Of a DNA stretch of 64,000 nucleotides, positions 1 through 9,724 are shown piece after piece (position 1 is the first letter of the stretch; every line of letters begins with the position of its first letter). The notes below the pieces were generated by a model that was not told where the DNA came from, did not search any database, and saw only the letters and a list, made by a program, of their open reading frames with translations. Both the position numbers and the translations under genes were made by a program. The DNA is from Planctomycetota bacterium (GTDB taxonomy: Bacteria; Planctomycetota; GCA-002687715; CAIWVZ01): positions 1,184,001-1,248,000 of the forward strand of contig JBGANV010000001.1 of the NCBI GenBank assembly GCA_044222185.1, read 5' to 3'.

Positions 1-179
1 ACGGCCCCGTTCATGCGCCGGCGGATCGAACCCGGATCACGCAGCGGATCGTCGTCGGCCGCAAAGATGCATACGTCGTGACCCTCCGTTGCGAGGATCG
101 TCGCGAGGCGGAGCGTGTAGATCTCCGTCCCGGCGACCTGGCGCGGTGGCAGACCGTGAACGACCAGGAGGACCCTCAC
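1..179 (-). CDS. Glycosyltransferase family 4 (GT-B), N-terminal part, runs off window edge
   Basis: Not in the ORF track. GTG at 179 overlaps the upstream stop (GTGA) and translates MRVLLVVHGLPPRQVAGTEIYTLRLATILATEGHDVCIF, a typical GT4 N-terminus similar to the 4909..6225 gene. Confidence 0.8.
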   Translation of the reverse strand, partial: MRVLLVVHGLPPRQVAGTEIYTLRLATILATEGHDVCIFAADDDPLRDPGSIRRRMNGA

Positions 180-1093
180 CGGCGGCGCTCCAGGATGCGG
201 AGGTCCGCGGGTTTGCCGCGCAGCCCGTCGATCGTCCCGCGAAGCTTCGCCCACGCGGCTCGGGCACGTCCCCGCGCGAGCGACAGCGCGAACAGGATCG
301 GCCACGCCGCCACGTCGAAGATCCAGAACGCGATCCACCGCGCGGCCGTCCCGTGCCGTTTCAGGAAGCGCGCCGCACCATGGGCCGTGAGGTACTTTCG
401 GCCGGCCGAATAGCCGCCGCCAGTGGATCCACCGCCCGGATGCTCGAGCACGGCGCTCGCCACGTAGAGGCACGAGAAACCGGCCTCTCGCGCACGGGCC
501 GCGAAGTCCGCGTCCTCGACGTAGGCGAAGTACGCCTCGTCGAACACGCCGATGCGATCGAACACGGCACGGGAGACGAGAAGCCCGCATCCCGTGAGCG
601 AGTCGACGGACTCCTCGCGGTCGTATCGGCCGACGTCGAGCTCGTCGAAACCGCGCAGTTTCGCGATGTTGGGCCCGAAGGCGTAGCGCACACCACAACA
701 CCAAAGCGTCCGCGCGCGGCGGTCGCGGAAGATCTTGCCCCCGTAGAGCCCGGCCGCCGGATTTCGCTCGGCCGCTGCGAGCAACTCTCCCAGGCACGCT
801 GGATCGACCCTCGCGTCGTTGTTGAGGAGGAAGACGAAATCCGCGCCGGCAGCCAGCGCCGCGCGGATCCCCACGTTCACACCGCCGGAGAATCCGCGGT
901 TCTCCGGATTGCGATGGAGTACGACGCGCGGAAACGCCGCCGCGATGCGGGCGACCGAATCATCCACGGAGCCATTGTCGACGACGTGGACGGCCGCCGG
1001 TTCCGGCAGGAACCTCGCCACACTCGACAGGCAGCCGAGAGTCTCCCCCGCCTGGTTCCAATTCACGATCACGACGTGGACCGAGCGTGTCAT
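176..1093 (-). CDS. Glycosyltransferase family 2 (rhamnosyltransferase-like)
   Basis: VVIVNWN, VVDNGS, LLNND, GCGLLV, FAYVEDAD motifs; start moved to ATG 1093 (ATGA overlap with upstream stop). Confidence 0.9.
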   Translation of the reverse strand: MTRSVHVVIVNWNQAGETLGCLSSVARFLPEPAAVHVVDNGSVDDSVARIAAAFPRVVLHRNPENRGFSGGVNVGIRAALAAGADFVFLLNNDARVDPACLGELLAAAERNPAAGLYGGKIFRDRRARTLWCCGVRYAFGPNIAKLRGFDELDVGRYDREESVDSLTGCGLLVSRAVFDRIGVFDEAYFAYVEDADFAARAREAGFSCLYVASAVLEHPGGGSTGGGYSAGRKYLTAHGAARFLKRHGTAARWIAFWIFDVAAWPILFALSLARGRARAAWAKLRGTIDGLRGKPADLRILERRR

Positions 1094-2163
1094 GCCAGGC
1101 CCCCGCGAAGGATGGCCCAGAGCATCTTCATCCATCCATCGAGCATCACGCTGCCGGCGCGGGCGAGCGGCTGCGCGAGCGCAGCACCTGTGAAACTCAT
1201 CGACGGCGCACCGAGCAACGCGCGATCCCGAACCTTCTTCGCGTAGAGCGGACCGCGCCGGTGCGCTCGTCGCAGCAGGAGTCCGACCGCCGAGACCTTC
1301 CCGCGGACGTAGGCCAGGGACTGTCCCGCCAGGACGGCGAACCCGAACCAGGCGATCTCGAAGATCACGAGAGCGGGCAACAGGACGAAGATGGTGCGGC
1401 AGTCATACAACTTCGCGATCAGGAGCCACCGATTGCGACTGTGCAGCTCGACACGCCGGGCCGGGTAGACGGCGTGCTTGAGGGACATGCCGGCCGATCC
1501 TCCGACGTTGCACGCGACCGCCGCCGGTACGACCCACAGCCGCCAGCCTCGCTGGCGCATCCGCAGCGAGAGGTCGACGTCCTCGGCGAGGAAGAAGTAT
1601 GTCTCGTCGAAACCACCGGCCTCACGAAGGCGCGCCGTGTCCACCAGCAGGCACCCCGCGGTCAGCACGTCGACGGCATAGGGCTCCCGCGACCGCTCCG
1701 GCGGCTTCCCGAGACCGATGAGGTGCGGCAACCCCCCGAAGTGCGCAAGCCCACCCGCGTACTGAACGGAATCCGGTCGATCCGCGTGGACGATCGCAGG
1801 CCCCACCATGGCGGAACCAGGATCGCCGTCGAGCATTCCGAGCAGGCGCTCGACGACACCCTGCTCGAGCACCATGTCGTCGTCGACGAAGAGAACGCGG
1901 GTCGTCCTGGCTTCAGCCAATCCGCGGTTGCGAGTCGCGCACGGTCCGAGATTCGCGCCCAGCTCGATCACGCGAACTCCCGGGTGTCGTGATGGCAACG
2001 ATGCGGGCGTGCCGTCCCGGCTTCCGCTGTCGACGACAAGCACTTCGCGAACGTGTGGCGCTCCGATGATCGAGGCGAGACACGCGTCGATCGTCTTCGC
2101 CGAATCGTGCGTCGTCACGACGACCGTGATGCCGGGCTCGAGGGTTTGACTCTCCGTCGTCAT
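1090..2163 (-). CDS. Glycosyltransferase family 2
   Basis: VVDSGSRDGT, LFVDDD, FFLAEDVDLS motifs. Confidence 0.9.
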   Translation of the reverse strand: MTTESQTLEPGITVVVTTHDSAKTIDACLASIIGAPHVREVLVVDSGSRDGTPASLPSRHPGVRVIELGANLGPCATRNRGLAEARTTRVLFVDDDMVLEQGVVERLLGMLDGDPGSAMVGPAIVHADRPDSVQYAGGLAHFGGLPHLIGLGKPPERSREPYAVDVLTAGCLLVDTARLREAGGFDETYFFLAEDVDLSLRMRQRGWRLWVVPAAVACNVGGSAGMSLKHAVYPARRVELHSRNRWLLIAKLYDCRTIFVLLPALVIFEIAWFGFAVLAGQSLAYVRGKVSAVGLLLRRAHRRGPLYAKKVRDRALLGAPSMSFTGAALAQPLARAGSVMLDGWMKMLWAILRGGLA

Positions 2164-2194
2164 GGAGCGGCGGGACAGCGCGCACGGCGCCGGA

Positions 2195-3235
2195 TCACTT
2201 CACCGGGAGATCGAAGTCGGGAGCGCGGCAGGGTTGCCTCTTCTTCAGGCATCTCGGGAGGCCGCCGATGCCGTGGAGCGACGCTTTGATCGCGACCCAG
2301 AGTCCCCCGGGCGTTTCCCGGATCGTTTTCATCAGGCCGATCGTGCCCACGGCATCAGCCGTCACGGGCGAGTTCCGCCGTCGGATGGGGCCGGTGAAGT
2401 GCAGCCAAAAGAACTTGACGACCTGCCCCCACGGCACGTGTTTGAAGAGATACCACCACATGTTTCGGATGTGGAAGTAGAGGCTTCGCTTGCCCGTCTT
2501 CATCCCGAAGGGCGTGCCATGCTGAACGACGACCTTGGGGAACTGGAGGATCCGGTGTCCGGCATTCAGGATCCGCGCCGAGAGGTCACGCTCGTTGCCA
2601 TAGATGAAGAAGTCCGCGTCGTACCACCCGCACTGTTCGAGCACCGCGCGCCGAGCGAGCGAGGCGCAGCCGCGGAACGTCGCCATGTACCGCTCGCGGT
2701 TCACCTCAGGGTGGTTCATGTACCAGTCGGGAGTGTTGGGCTCGTACACGTGCGACGAGATCAGCGCCGTGCTCGGCGGTTCCGACGCGAATTTCGCGAG
2801 CATCGCCTCGTTCCAGTTCGGCGGGAGGATCACGTCGTCGTCCAGGATCGCGATGAACGTCGTCTTCGCGCACGCGAAGCCGATGTTGAACGTCTCGCAC
2901 GCCCCATAGCGATCGTGCGGCATCACGACGAGATCCACCTCGGGGTACCCGTCGCGGATCATGTCGATCGTCCCATCCTTCGAATGGTTGTCGACCACGA
3001 CGATCGCGTCGAACTTCACCGTCTGCGCCCGAAGTCCATCGAGGTTCTTGCGGACGTCCTCGCGTTTGTTGAACGACGTCATGACGGCCGTGATCGTCGG
3101 ACGGCCCGCGGTCGGGGCCTGGTTCAGCCAGTTGCGTTCGGCGTCGATGCGACTGACGGCGGAGATCGGTCCACCGTCCCGTGCTGCGGGAGATGGCGTC
3201 CTGGCCACGGGCGGAGTGCTGGCGGCTGTCGTCAT
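2195..3235 (-). CDS. Glycosyltransferase family 2
   Basis: VVDNHSKDGT, ILDDD, FFIYGNERD motifs; start set at ATG 3235 (MTTAAST) because the longer ORF overlaps the PIG-L gene. Confidence 0.88.
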   Translation of the reverse strand: MTTAASTPPVARTPSPAARDGGPISAVSRIDAERNWLNQAPTAGRPTITAVMTSFNKREDVRKNLDGLRAQTVKFDAIVVVDNHSKDGTIDMIRDGYPEVDLVVMPHDRYGACETFNIGFACAKTTFIAILDDDVILPPNWNEAMLAKFASEPPSTALISSHVYEPNTPDWYMNHPEVNRERYMATFRGCASLARRAVLEQCGWYDADFFIYGNERDLSARILNAGHRILQFPKVVVQHGTPFGMKTGKRSLYFHIRNMWWYLFKHVPWGQVVKFFWLHFTGPIRRRNSPVTADAVGTIGLMKTIRETPGGLWVAIKASLHGIGGLPRCLKKRQPCRAPDFDLPVK

Positions 3236-3323
3236 GGCTTCAAACTTGCGCTCGATTGCCGGATTCGGGGCAACGCTACCACGGCCGCGCGGCGGTCCCA
3301 GGCGTGCGTTCGGACCCATGTGG

Positions 3324-4085
3324 TCAGCTCCGCGGCCGGAGGGACTCCCCCATGTCGTCGACGAGCCGCACCAGATCCTCCACGCGGCGGGCGTACTCGT
3401 CCACCATCTTCGGATCGATCCGGGTGAACGCTTCAACGTACTGGATCGTGGCGTCGTCCACGTTGACCGTTCGCGCCCGGTTGAGAGCGCGGACCTTCCC
3501 GATCAGGTCCTGGTGGAGAAGTTGGCTGTGATAGCTCGCAATCGCGGCCTCTTTGCGGGCCATCATGGGCGTGATGTCGAGAAGCACGTTCGACGTCATC
3601 GGCGCCCCGATCTCGAACGCGAGGATCACGGGGGCGTTCACGCGCCGCGCCAGGGCGCGCAGGGCGAAGGTCGCCGTCGCACGATGGTCCGGGTGCAGCT
3701 CGAACGGCGATGGGAACGCGACCGTCGCTGGCTTCACTCGTGCGAGCAGATCGGCGATGGAGTCAGCGGCCTCCGGGTGGCCGGCGAGCCCGCCATCCGG
3801 GAACGCGAGGAACTCGGCGGAGAACCCGCCGACCTTCTCCCCGGCGGCGAGCGTCTCGCGGCGTCGCTCCTCGGCGTATTCGGGTCCGCGCGCACGGGCG
3901 CGATCCCCGAGCGAGCCATCGGTCATGATGGCCACGGTAACCGGCTGCCCTCGCTCCCGATGCCATGCCACCAGCCCGCCGCACCCGATCACCTCGTCGT
4001 CCGGGTGTGGCGCAAGCACGAGCAGTGGACCGAGCACGAACGTGTCCGGACCCCAAAGCGGCTCGAACGGACGGAGGTACGTCAT
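3324..4085 (-). CDS. PIG-L/LmbE family Zn-dependent de-N-acetylase
   Basis: LAPHPDDEVIGCGG and HPDH motifs, C-terminal SYHSQ. Confidence 0.92.
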   Translation of the reverse strand: MTYLRPFEPLWGPDTFVLGPLLVLAPHPDDEVIGCGGLVAWHRERGQPVTVAIMTDGSLGDRARARGPEYAEERRRETLAAGEKVGGFSAEFLAFPDGGLAGHPEAADSIADLLARVKPATVAFPSPFELHPDHRATATFALRALARRVNAPVILAFEIGAPMTSNVLLDITPMMARKEAAIASYHSQLLHQDLIGKVRALNRARTVNVDDATIQYVEAFTRIDPKMVDEYARRVEDLVRLVDDMGESLRPRS

Positions 4086-4912
4086 CTCCCCGGCTCGCTG
4101 CGCAGGCGCCGCACTTCGGCTTCGAGTTCATCGACGCGTGCCTTCAACCGAGCCAGCTCCACACCTCCGAATTCGACCATGGTGAGAAGCTCGGGCATGA
4201 CGATGTGTGCGTAGCGCTTGTACAGGACCTCACGCGTTGCGGCAAACTCCTGGCGCAGGGCCGTCACTGCATTCGTGTTGTCGTCGCGCACCCGGAACGC
4301 GGACGTCACCTTCCGCACGTGGAAGAAGTCGTAGTCCTGGGCGAAGCGCCCGAACATCTCCATGTCCTCGAGCACCGGCAACGTCTCGTCGAATCCGCCG
4401 AGACGGTCCGAACACTCGCGATCGTGGAGCACGGTCACGAGGTGCATGTCGCCTCGCCGCCAGAGCGCGATCTTCGAGTACTCGAACGTCGGCGCGGGCG
4501 CTCGCGATCGTTCCTTGTAGGTCTTCGTCGCCGGATCATAGGTCTGGTGGACGAGGTCCGCGTCGCCGTATGCGATCTTCAACCCGCTCGCCTTCAGCCC
4601 GCCGACGAGCGATGCGACGTGGTCGGGGTAATACAGGTCGTCGTCGTCGAGCCATCCGATGTAGCGACCGCGCGCCTGGGCCAGCCCGAGGTTTCCGGCC
4701 TTGCACCGGCCGACGGAGCCGGCCGACACATAGCGGATCGGGTGCCGGCCCGCGAGGCGGGTGATCAGGGCGGAGACGTCGGCCCCGCCATCGTTGACGA
4801 CGATGTGCTCGACGTGCGGGTGGGTCTGGGCCTGCACCGAGGCGATGGCCTCGGCCAGCAGGGACTCGCGGTCCTTCGTCCGCGTGATGATCGAAACCAG
4901 GTCAGTCGTCAT
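4082..4912 (-). CDS. Glycosyltransferase family 2 with C-terminal coiled coil
   Basis: VVNDGG, GWLDDDD, VLEDME motifs; heptad tail LARLKARVDELEAEVRRL; ATG 4912 overlaps upstream TGA. Confidence 0.9.
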   Translation of the reverse strand: MTTDLVSIITRTKDRESLLAEAIASVQAQTHPHVEHIVVNDGGADVSALITRLAGRHPIRYVSAGSVGRCKAGNLGLAQARGRYIGWLDDDDLYYPDHVASLVGGLKASGLKIAYGDADLVHQTYDPATKTYKERSRAPAPTFEYSKIALWRRGDMHLVTVLHDRECSDRLGGFDETLPVLEDMEMFGRFAQDYDFFHVRKVTSAFRVRDDNTNAVTALRQEFAATREVLYKRYAHIVMPELLTMVEFGGVELARLKARVDELEAEVRRLRSEPGR

Positions 4913-6225
4913 GCGCCCGCTCCGCTCTCGGCGCGAAGTCGGCCGATGTACGCAAGAATCTCGCCAATCCACTGTTCCCGCCGGGCAAGTCGGTCGAGCA
5001 AGTGAGTCTCCAGGTCCACGGAAGGCAGCGGGGCCACCCGAGCGCGCTCATAGGCCGCCACCATGCGGCTCGCAAACGCGGCGCGATCGACGCGGGGATG
5101 TGGGACTCCGCGCACCAAGGCACCAAGCGCGTTCGCATCGGACGCGAGGTGCGACAGCGCACTGGACCACGCGTCGAGATCACCCGCCCGCACGACGAGT
5201 CCCCGTGAGCCGACGCGCTCCTTGGGGGCACCGCGATCGGAAACGACGACCGGTATCCCCATGTCGAGGGCTTCATCGACCACGAGCGAGTATGACTCCG
5301 GCGCGAACGACGGGAAGCACGCCACGTCGGCGTCGGCGACGAGCGCTTGCAGGCGCCCGCCGTCGTAGGGACCGGCGAGCGTCACGCCTTCGAGGTCCAT
5401 TCCCGATTCGATCACGTTCCCAGCAGCCACGAGTTCCATCGGGTGGCCGGACGCGACGCTGCGCCGCACGGCGTTCGCGAGCAGTTCCACGCCCTTGACG
5501 CGGCACAGGTTTCCGAAATGGAGCACGCGAAGCGGGCCCCTGCGGCCGGGTCGAGGGATCGGGTCGGCACCGGCGGAGGCCAGTGCGCACACATCGATGG
5601 TGACTCCGGTCGGGACGTGGGGCATGAGCAGATCGCGATGGGCGACGGACGGCGCAAACACCGCGCAGGCCGTGGCCAGTTCGGCCGCGAAGCCGTGCAG
5701 GCGCGAGTCGACGCGGAGCCCCACCTCCCGCTCGTCCAGGGAAACATGACTGGCGATGCACGGTGCGCAGGCTCGGACCGACTGCGTCGCGTCGCAAACT
5801 TCGGTGCCGCCGGGGATGCGGAAGAAACGACCGCACGACGAGAAGGCGTCGTGCAGCGTGACGACGGATCGAATCCCCCGACGCGCCGCGCGCCGCACCA
5901 CGTCACCACCGACGTTCATCCAGTGATGGACGTGGACGACGTCGGGCTTCAGCTCGTCGAATACACGCTCGATCAACGGGACGAACTCGGCGCGAAACGG
6001 ATCGATCGGATCGCGGAAGCCTGGTCCACAGACCAGCCTCCGAACCGGGACGTCCATCCACGACTCCGCCAGGAGCTGCGCCTGTGGTTGCTGCACCGCC
6101 GACCCCGACAGCACACAGGGATCGTGACCGAGGTCTCGAAGCGCCTGGTTCAGCCCCTCGACGACGCTCTCCGTTCCGCCCCGGAACTCCGGCGGATAGT
6201 TGTGGATGACCTGCAGGATTCTCAT
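4909..6225 (-). CDS. Glycosyltransferase family 4
   Basis: MRILQVIHNYPP..GGTE, PDVVHVHH, TLHD, PESYSLVVDEA (EX7E) motifs. Confidence 0.92.
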   Translation of the reverse strand: MRILQVIHNYPPEFRGGTESVVEGLNQALRDLGHDPCVLSGSAVQQPQAQLLAESWMDVPVRRLVCGPGFRDPIDPFRAEFVPLIERVFDELKPDVVHVHHWMNVGGDVVRRAARRGIRSVVTLHDAFSSCGRFFRIPGGTEVCDATQSVRACAPCIASHVSLDEREVGLRVDSRLHGFAAELATACAVFAPSVAHRDLLMPHVPTGVTIDVCALASAGADPIPRPGRRGPLRVLHFGNLCRVKGVELLANAVRRSVASGHPMELVAAGNVIESGMDLEGVTLAGPYDGGRLQALVADADVACFPSFAPESYSLVVDEALDMGIPVVVSDRGAPKERVGSRGLVVRAGDLDAWSSALSHLASDANALGALVRGVPHPRVDRAAFASRMVAAYERARVAPLPSVDLETHLLDRLARREQWIGEILAYIGRLRAESGAGA

Positions 6226-6983
6226 GACTCCGGCCGGTCCAGGTATCGACCCACGAAGGCTTCACCGAAAGTCGCGCCGGCCTCGAGGAACAGACTGCGA
6301 TACGCATCGAGCCCCCGCACGGCGGGCTCGTAGTCGCGGTAGAGGATCTGCGACCGGTAACAGTTCACCGCGCGGAGCTTCTCCGTGATGACGTCGGAAG
6401 TGTCGATCACCAGGTCCGGCGGACAGGCCGCCCAGACGTCGTACCCGAGGAACGACGTGCGCGCCGTCAACTCCGGCTGAGTGGCCTGGAGGATCGCCAC
6501 GGCTTCGCCAGCCGCCCAGTGATCCGGGTTCACCTCGCCGCGCCACGGAAAATAGACGATGTCGGGGCGACGCTCGGAGCAGATGTCGAGCAGTTTCTGC
6601 GCGAGTCCCGAGACGAGGACGCGACGCTGCTCGTCGGGCTCCTCCGGAAGGTCCGGAAACGCGGCGGTGTAGTCCGCGTCGCTCAGATTGTCGGGGTAAC
6701 CCCAGAACGTCAGAGTTCGAATGCCGAGAACCTCGGCCGCAGCGCGGGCTTCTTCCTGCCGAATGCGCGTCAGGTCGTCGCGCGCGAAATAGCCGTCCGG
6801 ATCGCCCTGGATCCCCGAGCAGATGAATACGGCTTCGACGAGATCGCCCTGACGGGAATGATGCAGGAGCGTTCCACCGACGCCGAGTGTTTCGTCATCC
6901 GGGTGTGGAGCGATCACGAGCACCCGCCCGCGCGGCGGGGCAACGAGGCGCTTGGGAGCGGCCGGCGGTCGAAACGAAGTCAC
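6222..6983 (-). CDS. PIG-L/LmbE family de-N-acetylase
   Basis: IAPHPDDETLGVGG, variant NPDH, C-terminal CYRSQ. Confidence 0.9.
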   Translation of the reverse strand: MTSFRPPAAPKRLVAPPRGRVLVIAPHPDDETLGVGGTLLHHSRQGDLVEAVFICSGIQGDPDGYFARDDLTRIRQEEARAAAEVLGIRTLTFWGYPDNLSDADYTAAFPDLPEEPDEQRRVLVSGLAQKLLDICSERRPDIVYFPWRGEVNPDHWAAGEAVAILQATQPELTARTSFLGYDVWAACPPDLVIDTSDVITEKLRAVNCYRSQILYRDYEPAVRGLDAYRSLFLEAGATFGEAFVGRYLDRPES

Positions 6984-8230
6984 CGACGCACCTCCGCGCC
7001 GATTTCCACGCAGGCGAGGAGCTCGAGGGCCTCCTCCATGATCGCCGGGAACAAGTCCTCGCCGAGTTCGGGCTGGCGAAGCGGCTGATGGATCTCACGG
7101 TTCCAGCGGTTGTCCGCGGGAGGCCACAACCCGCGCGAGACGCAAAGGTCCGTCGCGAGGGAGAGACCGGTCGGCTCGAAGGGAACGACGCGCAGTCGCG
7201 CCGATCGGCAGGTCCGCAGGATCTGGCACCGCGCACGAGTGATCGCGAGCGTCTCCCCCGGAAGGCCGACGACGAACAGGACGCCGGCCTCCATCCCGGA
7301 CCGCCTTGCTCGAGACACCGCCTCCGCGACGGACGCTGCCGAGCCGGCGCACTGCGGAAGAACGGGTGCGTCGGTTTCGTCCAGCATGTCGCAGTCGAAA
7401 ACGACGCGAGTGACGCCGGCGGCGCGCAGCTCGGCGAGTCGGATGTCGGTCGCGTCAGCAGGAAGCAGTCGCACGGATTGGTTCAGCCCTCGGTCCGCGA
7501 CGGCGCGGAGCAACGAGGTCCGACCCACTGGGAACCGGCGATCCCACCATTCGACCGCCCAGTCCCGAGCGCCGATCACACCCAATGGGGCGAGCGCCGC
7601 CTCATCCGAGAGATCGACGCCGGCGAAGCCGGAGGTGGCCTCGAGTCGCGCCAATGCGGCGACTGGAGACATGTCTGCGCGACTCCCGCGCCGAGCGAGG
7701 AGTGCGACCACGGGAACGTCGGCGAACAAGGATGAACCCATCCCGCGACGCAACAGGGCACCGCCGCCGAACACCGCATAGTCGAGCGCGACGTCCGACA
7801 CGTCGGCCGGCGACTTCGCCGTTGCGGCCTCCGTCCCGTCGAGCCGGGCGAGGAACGCCGGCGTAAGCAGCGGGCACTCGGCGATCGGAACGCTCCAGTG
7901 GCGGCCGCCGCCGGCCTCCGTCTCGCGCGCCAGGCTGTCGCCGACGACGACGATGGACGTCGCGCCACATTCAGCGGCCGAGCTCGCCAGCAGGTTGATG
8001 ATCTCTCGCCACTCGGCCCCGTCGACGAACACGACCGTGCACGGCGCCGCAGCGCGGACACGCGATTGAAAGGCATCGGCCGTGGTGCAAAAGTCCGTGG
8101 CCAATCGCTCCGTCTCGAATCCGCCCGCACGTAGGACGCTCGCAGCAAAGGCGGCGTCGGGGAGGAACTCGGGTCCGTCCGCGACGGTCACCAGCAGTGC
8201 ACGTCGAGTTCGGCCGTTCGCTTCCAGCAT
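6980..8230 (-). CDS. Degenerate B12-binding radical SAM paralog lacking CxxxCxxC
   Basis: Colinear similarity to 14784..16106 (EFLPDAAFAASVLRAGG vs EFHPGIAAMSAILKKSG; WWDRRF vs FWDEMF; VGLPGE vs IGLPYE); the Cys motif is replaced by ARRGSRADMSP; start ATG 8230. Confidence 0.75.
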   Translation of the reverse strand: MLEANGRTRRALLVTVADGPEFLPDAAFAASVLRAGGFETERLATDFCTTADAFQSRVRAAAPCTVVFVDGAEWREIINLLASSAAECGATSIVVVGDSLARETEAGGGRHWSVPIAECPLLTPAFLARLDGTEAATAKSPADVSDVALDYAVFGGGALLRRGMGSSLFADVPVVALLARRGSRADMSPVAALARLEATSGFAGVDLSDEAALAPLGVIGARDWAVEWWDRRFPVGRTSLLRAVADRGLNQSVRLLPADATDIRLAELRAAGVTRVVFDCDMLDETDAPVLPQCAGSAASVAEAVSRARRSGMEAGVLFVVGLPGETLAITRARCQILRTCRSARLRVVPFEPTGLSLATDLCVSRGLWPPADNRWNREIHQPLRQPELGEDLFPAIMEEALELLACVEIGAEVRR

Positions 8231-8254
8231 GGTTCGAAGCGCTCCCCCAGAAAC

Positions 8255-9628
8255 ATGGCCGAGAGTACCACCCCACCCGAGGCACCCCCAGAGATCACGG
8301 CGCGTGCGCGCAGCCGTGCGCTCGTCGCGGTCCTCATCGGCGTCACCGCGTTCTGGTTCGTGCACCGCACGCAATGGAGTTCGGCCTGGTCGAGCGCCGA
8401 GGCGTCCTTCGTGCACCACGCCTTCCGGGCAACCGGGCTCGTCCCTGGCCCGGCCCTCCCGTCGACGGCGACGCCCGCGCAGGCAGCCACGCTCGGGTAC
8501 GTGATGTATCTCGTGGGAGCGACGCCGGAGACGCTCCGAGGGTTCATGCTGTTCGTCCTCCTGGTTCTCGCCGCAGCCACGCTCGAGGGCCTTCGTCGTT
8601 GCGGCATCGCCGTCGCCATCGTCGTGCTTGGTTGGATCCTGGCGTCCCGCGAGATCGTCGAAGTCGATTTCGTCTCTCCGATGTGGATCGCCGCCGCGCT
8701 GGTCGGCGTCGCACGGCTCGCCTCCGCCGACGAGTCCGAATGGTCAGCGGGCCGCGCCGCGGTTGGAATCCTCGGCGCTGCGGCTCTCGCGAGTTTCTCA
8801 CCTGGAGCCGCGGTCTGTCTCGCAGCCGTGCTGATCGTGGACGCGACGACGACGCGGGCCGCGCGCGCCCGGATCACCACGGCGGTCGCCGCCGCCGTTT
8901 GCGGCGGACTGGCATTCGCCATCGACCGTGACGTGGTCAGCCGACTTCGATTCGACCCGGTGGCGACCACCGGATGGCACGCGATGCCATCGCTTCCGTG
9001 GTTGCCAAAGCCGTTCGAATGGGTCGCCCTTGCCGTTCTGGGGTGCTTGGGTGCAGCCTCGATCGTGTTCGTTCCGACGGCGGACCGGCGACGGGCGGTC
9101 GGTCGCGTGGTGTGCCTGGCACTGATCGGCGGGTGCGCGCCGTTCCTGGCGCCTTCGTCGCGTGATGCGATCATCGCTCCGGTGTGGCTCGCCGCGATCG
9201 CAGCTCTCGTCGGCGCGTGCGCGTCCAACGCACCGCGCGCCATCGCGTGGGGGCTGGCGATCCTCGTGCTCGGCTGTCACGTGCAACTCGTACGCGACCC
9301 GCCGCCACCGAAAGATCGTCCCGACGCAGTCCTCGTGCTCGAGTCTGCCCGTGCCTCGCGGCTGCCGGCGTCGGGTTTGGTCGTGAGCGGGGACCTGAGA
9401 GTCGCGGTCGCCGTCGCCGCGAGAACGGGCCACAATCCCGGGATCCCTGTCGTACTGGTCCCGGAAGACGCCGAGCCCGGTGGACTGGCCGGGGTTTGCC
9501 GCCAGCTCGGACTCCAACGCGTTTGGTTCGTTCCGCCGCCGGAAACGGCTCCGCCGGAGCTGATCGCCACCCCGAGCCCCGTGCGGGGCCCGCCCAATGC
9601 CGCACATTTCGTCGTAGGCCCCAGGTGA
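8255..9628 (+). CDS. Polytopic membrane protein of unknown function (possibly GT-C-like)
   Basis: About 10 hydrophobic segments followed by a soluble C-terminal region; no diagnostic motif recognised. Confidence 0.6.
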   Translation: MAESTTPPEAPPEITARARSRALVAVLIGVTAFWFVHRTQWSSAWSSAEASFVHHAFRATGLVPGPALPSTATPAQAATLGYVMYLVGATPETLRGFMLFVLLVLAAATLEGLRRCGIAVAIVVLGWILASREIVEVDFVSPMWIAAALVGVARLASADESEWSAGRAAVGILGAAALASFSPGAAVCLAAVLIVDATTTRAARARITTAVAAAVCGGLAFAIDRDVVSRLRFDPVATTGWHAMPSLPWLPKPFEWVALAVLGCLGAASIVFVPTADRRRAVGRVVCLALIGGCAPFLAPSSRDAIIAPVWLAAIAALVGACASNAPRAIAWGLAILVLGCHVQLVRDPPPPKDRPDAVLVLESARASRLPASGLVVSGDLRVAVAVAARTGHNPGIPVVLVPEDAEPGGLAGVCRQLGLQRVWFVPPPETAPPELIATPSPVRGPPNAAHFVVGPR

Positions 9629-9724
9629 GTCGCCGAGTTTTCGAGGCGCTGATAGCATTTCGCCCGTTTCAATCGACTAATGACGTCGCGGCTGGCCCAC
9701 GCCCCGCGACTTGAGAGGTACCGC

